64,000 nt of DNA from positions 6,013-70,012 of the forward strand of contig JADGPU010000004.1 in assembly GCA_017882305.1 (NCBI GenBank). Reading direction: 5' to 3'. The stretch's first letter is position 1, and the number at the start of each line of letters is the position of its first letter. The translations under genes and the position numbers were made by a program. The notes beneath the pieces are model-generated. The model was not told the origin of the DNA, searched no databases, and saw only the letters and a list, made by a program, of their open reading frames with translations. The stretch comes from Bacteroidales bacterium (GTDB taxonomy: Bacteria; Bacteroidota; Bacteroidia; Bacteroidales; VadinHA17). Positions 39,484 through 47,370 of this stretch are shown here, piece by piece.

Positions 39484-39516
39484 AATATTTTTAACAAACA
39501 CTAATATTTAACAATT

Positions 39517-40878
39517 ATGGAAAAGATCAGAAAAATCATCTTAAGCGAAAGCGAAATGCCAAGGCAATGGTATAATATCATGGCAGATATGCCTAATAAA
39601 CCCATGCCGCCATTGAATCCGGCTACAAAACAACCAGTCGGCCCGGAGGACCTTGCTGCTGTTTTTCCCATGGAACTTATAAAACAGGAGGTATCAGCCG
39701 AGAGGTATATTGATATACCGGATGAGGTACTTGACCTCTACACTACCTATCGTCCCTCACCTATCTTCAGGGCACTTAGCCTTGAAAAAGCACTGGGCAC
39801 AAAAAGCAAGATCTACTACAAGTATGAAGGCGGTAATTATTCCGGCTCTCATAAAGCCAACACTGCAATTGCACAGGCATATTATAACAAAATGGAAGGC
39901 ATAAAAAGAATTACCACCGAGACCGGAGCCGGACAGTGGGGAAGCGCCATGAGTTTCGCCTGCCACCACTTCGGAATTGAACTACTGGTCTTCATGGTAA
40001 GGGTCAGCTATGAGCAGAAGCCAGGCCGCAAACTTTTGATGAACACCTATAATGCCAAGGTAGTAGCTTCACCAAGCACTATGACCGTGGCTGGAAGAAG
40101 AGTCCTTGAACTGGACCCCGACTCACCAGGAAGTCTGGGGATAGCAATTTCCGAAGCAATGGAAGTGGCGGTACAGGATCCTTATACTAAATACTCGCTC
40201 GGCAGCGTTCTCAACCATGTTATCCTTCACCAGACCATCATAGGACAGGAAGCACTTCTTCAGATGGAAAAAGCAGGCGATTACCCTGATGTTGTGATCG
40301 GCTGTTTCGGAGGAGGTTCAAACTTCTCCGGCATTGCATTTCCATTCCTTCGCGAAAAGTTGATTAACAAAAAAAATATCAGGCTTCTGACTATTGAACC
40401 TGCCTCATGCCCTAAACTTACAAAAGGAAAATTTATGTACGACTTCGGCGATTCGGCAGGAATGACCCCTCTCCTTCCTATGTACACACTCGGCCATAAT
40501 TTTATACCAGAAAAGATACATGCAGGTGGTTTACGTTACCACGGTGCAGGAGTTCTTGTAAGCCAGCTCCTCAAAGACGGATTTATTGAGGCAAGGGCAA
40601 AGATGCAGAGGGAATGTTTTGAAGCAGGTGTACTTTTCGCAAGGTCGGAAGGTATTCTTCCTGCTCCCGAATCGACATATGCTATTGCCGGCGCTCTTGA
40701 TGAGGCAAGAAAGGCCGACCTGGAAGGCGTCTCAAGGATAATACTCTTTAACCTGAGTGGCCATGGCCATTTCGATATTTCTGCTTATGAGAAGTACTTC
40801 GAAAACAATCTTCCGGATCATGAAATGACAACGGCAGAGGTTGAGGAGGCAATATCTAAAATTAATATTACTGTTTGA
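39517..40878 (+). CDS. trpB: TrpB2-type (TrpB-like) tryptophan synthase beta chain
   Basis: 453 aa, longer than TrpB1. N-terminal extension ...MPRQWYNIMADMP..., PLP lysine in GSHKANTA, GGGSNFSG loop. Confidence 0.85.
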   Translation: MEKIRKIILSESEMPRQWYNIMADMPNKPMPPLNPATKQPVGPEDLAAVFPMELIKQEVSAERYIDIPDEVLDLYTTYRPSPIFRALSLEKALGTKSKIYYKYEGGNYSGSHKANTAIAQAYYNKMEGIKRITTETGAGQWGSAMSFACHHFGIELLVFMVRVSYEQKPGRKLLMNTYNAKVVASPSTMTVAGRRVLELDPDSPGSLGIAISEAMEVAVQDPYTKYSLGSVLNHVILHQTIIGQEALLQMEKAGDYPDVVIGCFGGGSNFSGIAFPFLREKLINKKNIRLLTIEPASCPKLTKGKFMYDFGDSAGMTPLLPMYTLGHNFIPEKIHAGGLRYHGAGVLVSQLLKDGFIEARAKMQRECFEAGVLFARSEGILPAPESTYAIAGALDEARKADLEGVSRIILFNLSGHGHFDISAYEKYFENNLPDHEMTTAEVEEAISKINITV

Positions 40879-40879
40879 C

Positions 40880-40973
40880 CTCAGTGCTCTGTGTAACTCT
40901 GCGACTCCTCTGTACAACTCTGTGTAAGTTCTTAATAATTAGTTACACAGAGAAACACAGAGAAGACACAGAG
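40880..40973. repeat. CTCTGTG/CACAGAG phased inverted-repeat element, copy A2 (right arm shortened)
   Basis: Left units start at 40880, 40887, 40897, 40908, 40918. Right units start at 40946, 40956, 40967. It lies between the convergent trpB2 and NIPSNAP genes. Confidence 0.85.
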
Positions 40974-40982
40974 ATTTAATTA

Positions 40983-41780
40983 CTAAAAATCCGAATAAGA
41001 AGTCGGGTGCAAAAGAAAGGTATTATTTTTCGATACAGTATTCAAATACTCCACCATTCCCTTAAGTTTTATCCAATCGGGATGTTCCTGAAAAGCTTTC
41101 CAATGTGCGTCGTGAGATGCCATATTTTCGAAAGTTGTCATGTACATCAGATTAGGCTTATGACTGCCAACTAAAACCTCGGAATAGAATGCTGCATTGA
41201 ACTTCAGGCTTGAGAATAATTCTATCTCTCCACCCTGATTGAACATTTCAATCTTTTTTACAGCTTTGGCTTCAGTGGCACTTTCATAACTGCGTAATTC
41301 ATAAATCCTTTCAGCAGCAGGAGTAGAATATTTAGGAGCAACAAACTCAGGCATCATTATAAAAGCTTTCAAAAGAATACTTTCATATCTTTTATAGGGT
41401 GGATCATTATAAGCTGCATCAATAAAGGATTTTCCGGCATCTGTGTATACCTTATCTTTTTCAAGTAATTCGGGTAGTTGCATAAACTGATCGATCGTCT
41501 TGAAAGGGACAAACACATAGATTAATTTGCCAAAAGAGGTATCGGCCTCCACTGGCTTAAACACACCAATGATAGGAATACCAGCACGGTGAAGAGCTGG
41601 CAGATATGCATCCTTAAGATAAGTATCGACCCTTGCCTCCTGTGATTTATCAGCTATGCTGTAAATCTTTATCTCATAATACTGTTGTTTTGCAGTGGCT
41701 GCCTCGAAACTACTAATAACAACCGACATGAATATCAATAATGCCGGAAAGATCAGGTAAATAATTTTTGATTTTTTCAT
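40983..41780 (-). CDS. Secreted tandem NIPSNAP-domain protein
   Basis: 265 aa with a signal peptide. Two dimeric alpha-beta-barrel-like halves begin YYEIKIYSI and IYELRSYES. Confidence 0.6.
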   Translation of the reverse strand: MKKSKIIYLIFPALLIFMSVVISSFEAATAKQQYYEIKIYSIADKSQEARVDTYLKDAYLPALHRAGIPIIGVFKPVEADTSFGKLIYVFVPFKTIDQFMQLPELLEKDKVYTDAGKSFIDAAYNDPPYKRYESILLKAFIMMPEFVAPKYSTPAAERIYELRSYESATEAKAVKKIEMFNQGGEIELFSSLKFNAAFYSEVLVGSHKPNLMYMTTFENMASHDAHWKAFQEHPDWIKLKGMVEYLNTVSKNNTFLLHPTSYSDF

Positions 41781-41806
41781 TGTTAAAGTTTTTATTGTAT
41801 AGAATA

Positions 41807-42889
41807 TTAATATGTTTTTGAAAACTCCTTAAATATCTTATTTGCTTTTTCCGGAGTAAGTTCTAAACCTGATTGAACGTAGAATCTGTGATACAAAGTC
41901 ACCGATTGCCCATTCTCGATTTTATAACTCCTCTTTTCCTGTTTCGGATCATAAGAATTCTGTCCAAAATTATTTAGTGAAAAAAGACCATATCCACGGG
42001 CATGAGCATAGGCCGGGTAACCCGGGTTTTTAGGATTATCAAATAGACCCATGGTAATCTTTACGTTATTTTTAACTCCGGAAAGAATCACCCAGTCATT
42101 TCTGGTTCCCCATACGGCATCACCTTTTAATCCTCTACTTGAAGTATACATTCCTGTAACTCCCACATTATCTGTAGCTTTAACAGTTGTGGGATTGCCT
42201 TTATCATCCGTAAAGATCAGCGATTCATTTGAAGGCATTTCAAATGCCCTGTCAACCCTGATAGCAAACATACCTTCCTTGCTATCGTCTATCGTTACCG
42301 GACCATTACTTGCCGTTAATGTTGAGATGTGATCTATTGTGCGCGAATTCCTGTCACCAGAAAAAATGTATTGTGTTTTCTCAGTTAACAATATGTTCCC
42401 TTTGTTATCATCCCAGTTCAATATTACCTCAAGTATTCCTTTCTTCCCACTTACTGCTCTAATAATTGTCTTATGAACAATATGTCCATATGAATCTTTT
42501 TTATCAGCTGGTATGGCGGAAGAATTATTCCAAAAATCAAGTCCATTGACATTGCCGTAGTTAAACCAGATCCCAATATGGTGAAGGTGATCCATTCGTT
42601 CGCCTTTTCTTGGTTCAATCGGATAACCTCTTGTGATCACTGAACCGTCAGGAGCATTAACAGGAAACAGAAAGGGCTTTTCAATATTTTCAGGAAACTG
42701 ATAAGATGTAAAAAAACTCCCGTTAATAAAGATATCGACTTTATGTTTTTCATCAACTCTGACAAGCTTTACCCCCTTGTAATTGGATGATTGCGCGATT
42801 ACAATCATTCCTGAAAACAAAAAAACAAGAATACAGAATCCTCTTAATATCAAGATACTGCTTACTAATAAATCCTTTATTCTTCTCAC
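41807..42889 (-). CDS. PmoA-like / DUF6807-family secreted protein
   Basis: 360 aa with a signal anchor. DHLHHIGIWFNYGNVNGLDFWN block. I recall this family usually neighbours Gfo/Idh/MocA genes. Confidence 0.55.
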   Translation of the reverse strand: MRRIKDLLVSSILILRGFCILVFLFSGMIVIAQSSNYKGVKLVRVDEKHKVDIFINGSFFTSYQFPENIEKPFLFPVNAPDGSVITRGYPIEPRKGERMDHLHHIGIWFNYGNVNGLDFWNNSSAIPADKKDSYGHIVHKTIIRAVSGKKGILEVILNWDDNKGNILLTEKTQYIFSGDRNSRTIDHISTLTASNGPVTIDDSKEGMFAIRVDRAFEMPSNESLIFTDDKGNPTTVKATDNVGVTGMYTSSRGLKGDAVWGTRNDWVILSGVKNNVKITMGLFDNPKNPGYPAYAHARGYGLFSLNNFGQNSYDPKQEKRSYKIENGQSVTLYHRFYVQSGLELTPEKANKIFKEFSKTY

Positions 42890-42903
42890 GATTGATATAA
42901 TTA

Positions 42904-44226
42904 TTAATACCGAAATACTTTTCCACCTGCAAGGACTTCCTGTTTTACCTCATCAAATAAAGCTTTTTCGCCAGTCCTGAGTGCAGCGGTGCACATTATG
43001 GTAGCGATAGAATGATTATAGCCTGCCATGATATCTGCGTTTGGCTTCTTACGGTCACGAACACATTCCATCCAGTTCCTCATATGCGCATTGGTCATAG
43101 GATCGGAACCTGTGTTGGCAGATGTTTCCACCTTAAACCCTGGTAAGTCCATTGGGTCAAGAAGATTCGGTTGCATATTCATATCCTTAGCATCACCAGC
43201 ACTCAAACCGCCTTCGGAATTGATTTTATTGGTATCAAGATTGAGTGATCCGCCATTCGAGAAGTAAATCTCTTTTGTTCCACCGGCAGAGTTGGTGAAA
43301 CGTGAGGTATATACGACCTGGAATCCGGAATTGGCATCACCATAATCCATTACCGCAGTTATTGTGTCATAGTTGGTACGCCCGTCTTTCCATAAATAAA
43401 TACCTCCATTGGCTGCAACGCTTCTCGGATGGCTTAAGCCGGTGAACCAATGAACGGTATCAATCTGATGTGCCATCCACTGCCCTGGTATTCCTGATGA
43501 ATATGGCCAGAACAGCCTGAATTCAAGATATTTCCTGGGATCCCATGCTGCAGGTTCGCGATTCATCTGGAAACGTTTCCAGTCAGTATCAACCTCCTTA
43601 ATAACTGATGTAAGCTGAGGCCTTCTCCATCTGCCTGGCTGGTTCACATTCCACGACATCTCAACCATAACAATTTTCCCAAACTTCCCGGATCTTATAT
43701 AATCATTTGCTGCAACATAATTAGGAGTACTTCTGCGTTGGGAACCAATCTGAACAATCTTTTTGGAATCCTGAACAGCTTTTAATGCTTCCCTGGCATC
43801 AGACATTGTCTCAGCAAAAGGTTTTTCACAATATGCATCCTGACCTGCCCTTACAGCCTCAGCAAGTACTAACGCATGCTGAAAATCAGCAGTACTGATA
43901 ATTACAGCATCTGTATCCTTACCACTATAAAGTTCATCATTGTTACGGGTTTTTCTGATTGTAATCCCTTTCCCTCTGAAGAAGGTTTCAGCTTCATCCC
44001 GACGTCTGTTCCATAGATCTGATACTGCAACTATTTCAAAGTTAAACTCCTTAGCCAGACTCAGGAATGCAGGAGCTAAAGATGTCCTGAACCGATCAGA
44101 AAAACCAACGATCCCAACACGAACCCTGTCATTTGCACCAGGAATGCGTGAATAACTCTTTGCACCCAGAGTCAGACCTGCCGCTCCCAATGCTGATTTT
44201 TGAATGAATTCTCTGCGGGTTGCCAT
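42904..44226 (-). CDS. TAT-exported Gfo/Idh/MocA-family oxidoreductase
   Basis: 440 aa. Twin-arginine signal MATRREFIQKSALGAAGLTLGA. VGIVGFS Rossmann motif and EKP motif (CEKPFA). Confidence 0.8.
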   Translation of the reverse strand: MATRREFIQKSALGAAGLTLGAKSYSRIPGANDRVRVGIVGFSDRFRTSLAPAFLSLAKEFNFEIVAVSDLWNRRRDEAETFFRGKGITIRKTRNNDELYSGKDTDAVIISTADFQHALVLAEAVRAGQDAYCEKPFAETMSDAREALKAVQDSKKIVQIGSQRRSTPNYVAANDYIRSGKFGKIVMVEMSWNVNQPGRWRRPQLTSVIKEVDTDWKRFQMNREPAAWDPRKYLEFRLFWPYSSGIPGQWMAHQIDTVHWFTGLSHPRSVAANGGIYLWKDGRTNYDTITAVMDYGDANSGFQVVYTSRFTNSAGGTKEIYFSNGGSLNLDTNKINSEGGLSAGDAKDMNMQPNLLDPMDLPGFKVETSANTGSDPMTNAHMRNWMECVRDRKKPNADIMAGYNHSIATIMCTAALRTGEKALFDEVKQEVLAGGKVFRY

Positions 44227-44390
44227 AATTATTTATTTTAAAGTTTTCGATTAGTCATCAGGTTATCTATTGTAAAAATAATTTAATTCAAATTGATAAC
44301 AGATAAAATTACTATGGTTTTTTCCTCATTATTATTCTTAAACTTATATTAACTTACAAATTATCCAAAGTTGGGGAAACAATCTTAAAA

Positions 44391-45398
44391 TCATATTTTG
44401 CGAATCCTGATAGTAAATGCTTCTGCCGGGTTGGTAACCAGTAGCTGATGTATCTCTCTTTTCGAAAAGTTTTCTTTTTTGAGAAGTGGTAACAGTTTAG
44501 TGAAGATCGTCGTATATCCTCTGTACTTACCTCCGTTTTCTTCCCCGGGATGGTACCATCCGGCATCATGGGACAAAAGGACCTTTCCAAGCAATTTATT
44601 TTCTTTCATATTCTTCAATATTCTGATATAATCTTCCAGATTATCATCATTTATTCCATCCAGACTGATCCAGGCTCCCATCCTGGCAGCTTTTATATGG
44701 GTACTTAGATCTTTTTCAACCTGGGCATGGACCCAGATGAATGCCTCCGGTGATACCCCTTCTTTTTGAAGTATTTGCAGTTCTTCAAAAGCCGGAATTG
44801 CCGGTCCGGTATGTGATGCAATTGTCAATCCTGTTTTCAGATGTGTCCTGGCTGCTGCACTAACCAACTTCCTGTGTAATTCCGACAGGTTGCCACTTCC
44901 AACACTTATTTTAATGAATCCGGGCTTGACTCCTGTTTTATCAATTCCATTATAAAATTCATAAATCCATCTGGAGGAAAGCTGATCGGCAGATTCAGTA
45001 AAAGCATATTTTGGAAGGTATTTGTTATCCATAGCTCCATAATACCCTGTATTGGTCAGGATATTTATCCCCGATAAATCTGAAATTGATTTAAGCAAAA
45101 GCGGATCCCTCCCGAGATAGGCCGGAGTACATTCTATTAATGTCTGGCAACCAAGTTCTTTTATCTGTTTAAGATATGGCAATGCAATTTCAGCAACTTT
45201 TGATTTATCCCATCTCTGTTGCGAGATCGAGTCTGCCCCAATAAAATCGACCAGAATATGCTCATGTTCAAGAGTTACTCCCATTTTTACGACAGGAATA
45301 GGACCGTTGACTGTCATGATTATCGCATCCTTTTTTGAGATACATTGAGACAATAAGATCATAGAATAAAATGCAGAAAAAACAATTTTCTTAATCAT
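44391..45398 (-). CDS. Phosphotriesterase-family (PTE/PHP-like) metal hydrolase, secreted
   Basis: 335 aa with a signal peptide. GVTLEHEHILVDF (HxH) and the overall PTE pattern. Confidence 0.7.
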   Translation of the reverse strand: MIKKIVFSAFYSMILLSQCISKKDAIIMTVNGPIPVVKMGVTLEHEHILVDFIGADSISQQRWDKSKVAEIALPYLKQIKELGCQTLIECTPAYLGRDPLLLKSISDLSGINILTNTGYYGAMDNKYLPKYAFTESADQLSSRWIYEFYNGIDKTGVKPGFIKISVGSGNLSELHRKLVSAAARTHLKTGLTIASHTGPAIPAFEELQILQKEGVSPEAFIWVHAQVEKDLSTHIKAARMGAWISLDGINDDNLEDYIRILKNMKENKLLGKVLLSHDAGWYHPGEENGGKYRGYTTIFTKLLPLLKKENFSKREIHQLLVTNPAEAFTIRIRKI

Positions 45399-45437
45399 AA
45401 TAATCAGATTTAAAAATCAAATATCACAATTCCATAT

Positions 45438-45477
45438 CAATTTTATTTCAATTTTATTCCAACTTTATTTCAATATA
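45438..45477. repeat. 3.5 tandem copies of the 11-mer CAAYTTTATTY in a divergent promoter region
   Basis: CAATTTTATTT CAATTTTATTC CAACTTTATTT CAATATA, with an exact 11-nt period. Confidence 0.8.
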
Positions 45478-45566
45478 CTAAAGACAAGCAGAAATTATTT
45501 ACTTTTAATGAAAATAGAATTGTTATAATAAGTACTTAAAGTGAGCTAAAATTTGGAGTACTGAAA

Positions 45567-45589
45567 GTTGAAAGGTTGAAAAGTTGAAA
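45567..45589. repeat. Three GTTGAAA repeats with an 8-nt period immediately before a start codon
   Basis: GTTGAAA at 45567, 45575 and 45583. The ATG is at 45593. Confidence 0.8.
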
Positions 45590-45592
45590 TAG

Positions 45593-46114
45593 ATGAAGAG
45601 GATACTGATTGATATGGATGGAGTTCTGGCTGATGTATATCCTCGTTTCTTTGAACTGTATGAGAAAGAAACCGGGTCAAGTAAAAATATGGATGAGCTA
45701 ACCGGACTAATGGAAGGTGAGGCATTTCCCGAACTCTACCGATGGGTGGAAACGCCCGGGTTTTTCAGAACTATTCCTGTGATGCCTGATAGTCAAAGGG
45801 TTCTAAGATTACTTAATGAAACCTACGAAATAATAGTTATTTCAATGGCAACTGAATTCCCTGTAAGCCTTACTGATAAACAACTGTGGATGAATGACCA
45901 TTTCCCTTTTATAAGCTGGAAACAAGTCGTTTTCTGTGGTAATAAAAGTTTAATCCCTGCAGATTTAATGATCGATGACCATTTAAAAAACCTTGATAAT
46001 TTTGATGGTGAAACAATTATGTTCATCCAACCTCATAATATAAATAATACCAATCACCATCATAAAACAGTTTCTTCATGGGCAGAAATTGAAAAGCTCC
46101 TTCTGTCTGATTAA
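45593..46114 (+). CDS. HAD-family 5'(3')-deoxyribonucleotidase-like protein
   Basis: 173 aa. ILIDMDGVLAD motif I, NT5C-like. Confidence 0.65.
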   Translation: MKRILIDMDGVLADVYPRFFELYEKETGSSKNMDELTGLMEGEAFPELYRWVETPGFFRTIPVMPDSQRVLRLLNETYEIIVISMATEFPVSLTDKQLWMNDHFPFISWKQVVFCGNKSLIPADLMIDDHLKNLDNFDGETIMFIQPHNINNTNHHHKTVSSWAEIEKLLLSD

Positions 46115-46196
46115 ATTACATTCAGATTTCTGTTCATCAGATTATAAATATTATAACTTTGAAACTCAAGTGGTCGCTATTTTTACAAAACATAAA

Positions 46197-47318
46197 ATGG
46201 AAAACGAAAACAAACCTGCTGTTAAACGATTATACTCCCTCGATGCATTACGCGGATTCGATATGTTCTGGATAATAGGTGGAGAAGGAATTTTTGTCGG
46301 GCTTGCCACACTGACGGGCTTGCCAATATTTAAATGGTGGGCGGTACAATGTGAGCATGTTCAATGGCATGGATTTCATTTTTATGATATGATTTTCCCT
46401 CTTTTCCTTTTTATTGCCGGAATATCATTCCCCTTTTCGCTGGCTAAACGTACAGCCATGAATGATAGCCGTAAATCGATCTATAAACACGTAATCAGCC
46501 GCGGATTGATACTGGTTCTTCTTGGAATTGTCTATAATAATGGCATCAGTTTTGATTTTGCCCATTTACGGTACGGAAGTGTTCTGGGAAGAATAGGTCT
46601 GGCCTGGATGTTCGCCTCACTCATCTTTATGAACACAAAACTTAATGTCCGGATAATCTGGTTCTGCGTGCTTTTAATCGGGTACTGGGTTTTGCTTCTA
46701 TTATTTCCTGCTCATGATCTTGGTTCCACAGATATTTTTTCGCAGGAAGGAAATCTCTCGAGTCATATCGATCGTCTTTTAATGCCTGGAAAACTCTATC
46801 GTGGGAATCACGATCCGGAAGGATTATTCAGTACTATTCCCGCTATCGGTACAGCTTTGCTTGGAATGTTCACAGGAGAATTTCTTCTATCAAAATACCT
46901 GAATGACAAACCTTTGCGCAAGGTTCTTTACCTGGTTCTGGCTGCAATAACATTGATGCTAATCGGAAAGATCTGGAATATTGTATTTCCGATTAACAAA
47001 AACCTCTGGACAAGCTCATTTGTATGTTTTGTAGGTGGGCTGAGCCTTCTTCTCTTCTCCATCTTCTACCTTATTATTGATGTTTGGGAATATAAAAAAT
47101 GGGCATTTGTTTTTGTTGTGATAGGTATGAATCCTATTACAATATACCTTACAGAAAGAATTGTTAATTTCAGATCTGCAACAAACTTTTTCTTCGGAGG
47201 TCTTACATCAATCATGCCGGAAACTTGGACACCACTTATTGATGGAATCGGAGTAACGGCTATTGCATGGGTCTTCCTCTATATCCTTTATAAAAAGAAG
47301 ATATTTTTAAAGATTTGA
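46197..47318 (+). CDS. DUF5009 / heparan-alpha-glucosaminide N-acetyltransferase-like polytopic membrane protein
   Basis: Start moved to MENENKPAVKRLYSLDALRGFDMFWIIGGE. The ORF-track start at 46089 overlaps the upstream gene. About 10 hydrophobic segments. Confidence 0.6.
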   Translation: MENENKPAVKRLYSLDALRGFDMFWIIGGEGIFVGLATLTGLPIFKWWAVQCEHVQWHGFHFYDMIFPLFLFIAGISFPFSLAKRTAMNDSRKSIYKHVISRGLILVLLGIVYNNGISFDFAHLRYGSVLGRIGLAWMFASLIFMNTKLNVRIIWFCVLLIGYWVLLLLFPAHDLGSTDIFSQEGNLSSHIDRLLMPGKLYRGNHDPEGLFSTIPAIGTALLGMFTGEFLLSKYLNDKPLRKVLYLVLAAITLMLIGKIWNIVFPINKNLWTSSFVCFVGGLSLLLFSIFYLIIDVWEYKKWAFVFVVIGMNPITIYLTERIVNFRSATNFFFGGLTSIMPETWTPLIDGIGVTAIAWVFLYILYKKKIFLKI

Positions 47319-47370
47319 ATTCCTGGCCAGCACATGAGTATGGATCGTTGTAATCAATATAACTTAAACT

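Noticed and set aside
41807-42889. PmoA-like protein as evidence of methane or ammonia monooxygenase
   Set aside because: No pmoB or pmoC partners are present. The protein is soluble/secreted rather than polytopic, and the context is Gfo/Idh/MocA. The family name is historical only.
44263-44306. Imperfect inverted repeat TTATCTATTGTAAA / TTGATAACAGATAA upstream of the Gfo/Idh/MocA gene as an operator
   Set aside because: Only about 11 of 14 positions are complementary, in very AT-rich DNA. This is within what chance would give.
46089-46196. Upstream starts for the DUF5009-like gene (46089) and for the aminotransferase (34765)
   Set aside because: The extensions overlap the preceding genes by 26-41 nt and add non-conserved residues. 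Internal ATGs at 46197 and 34795 give typical N-termini.
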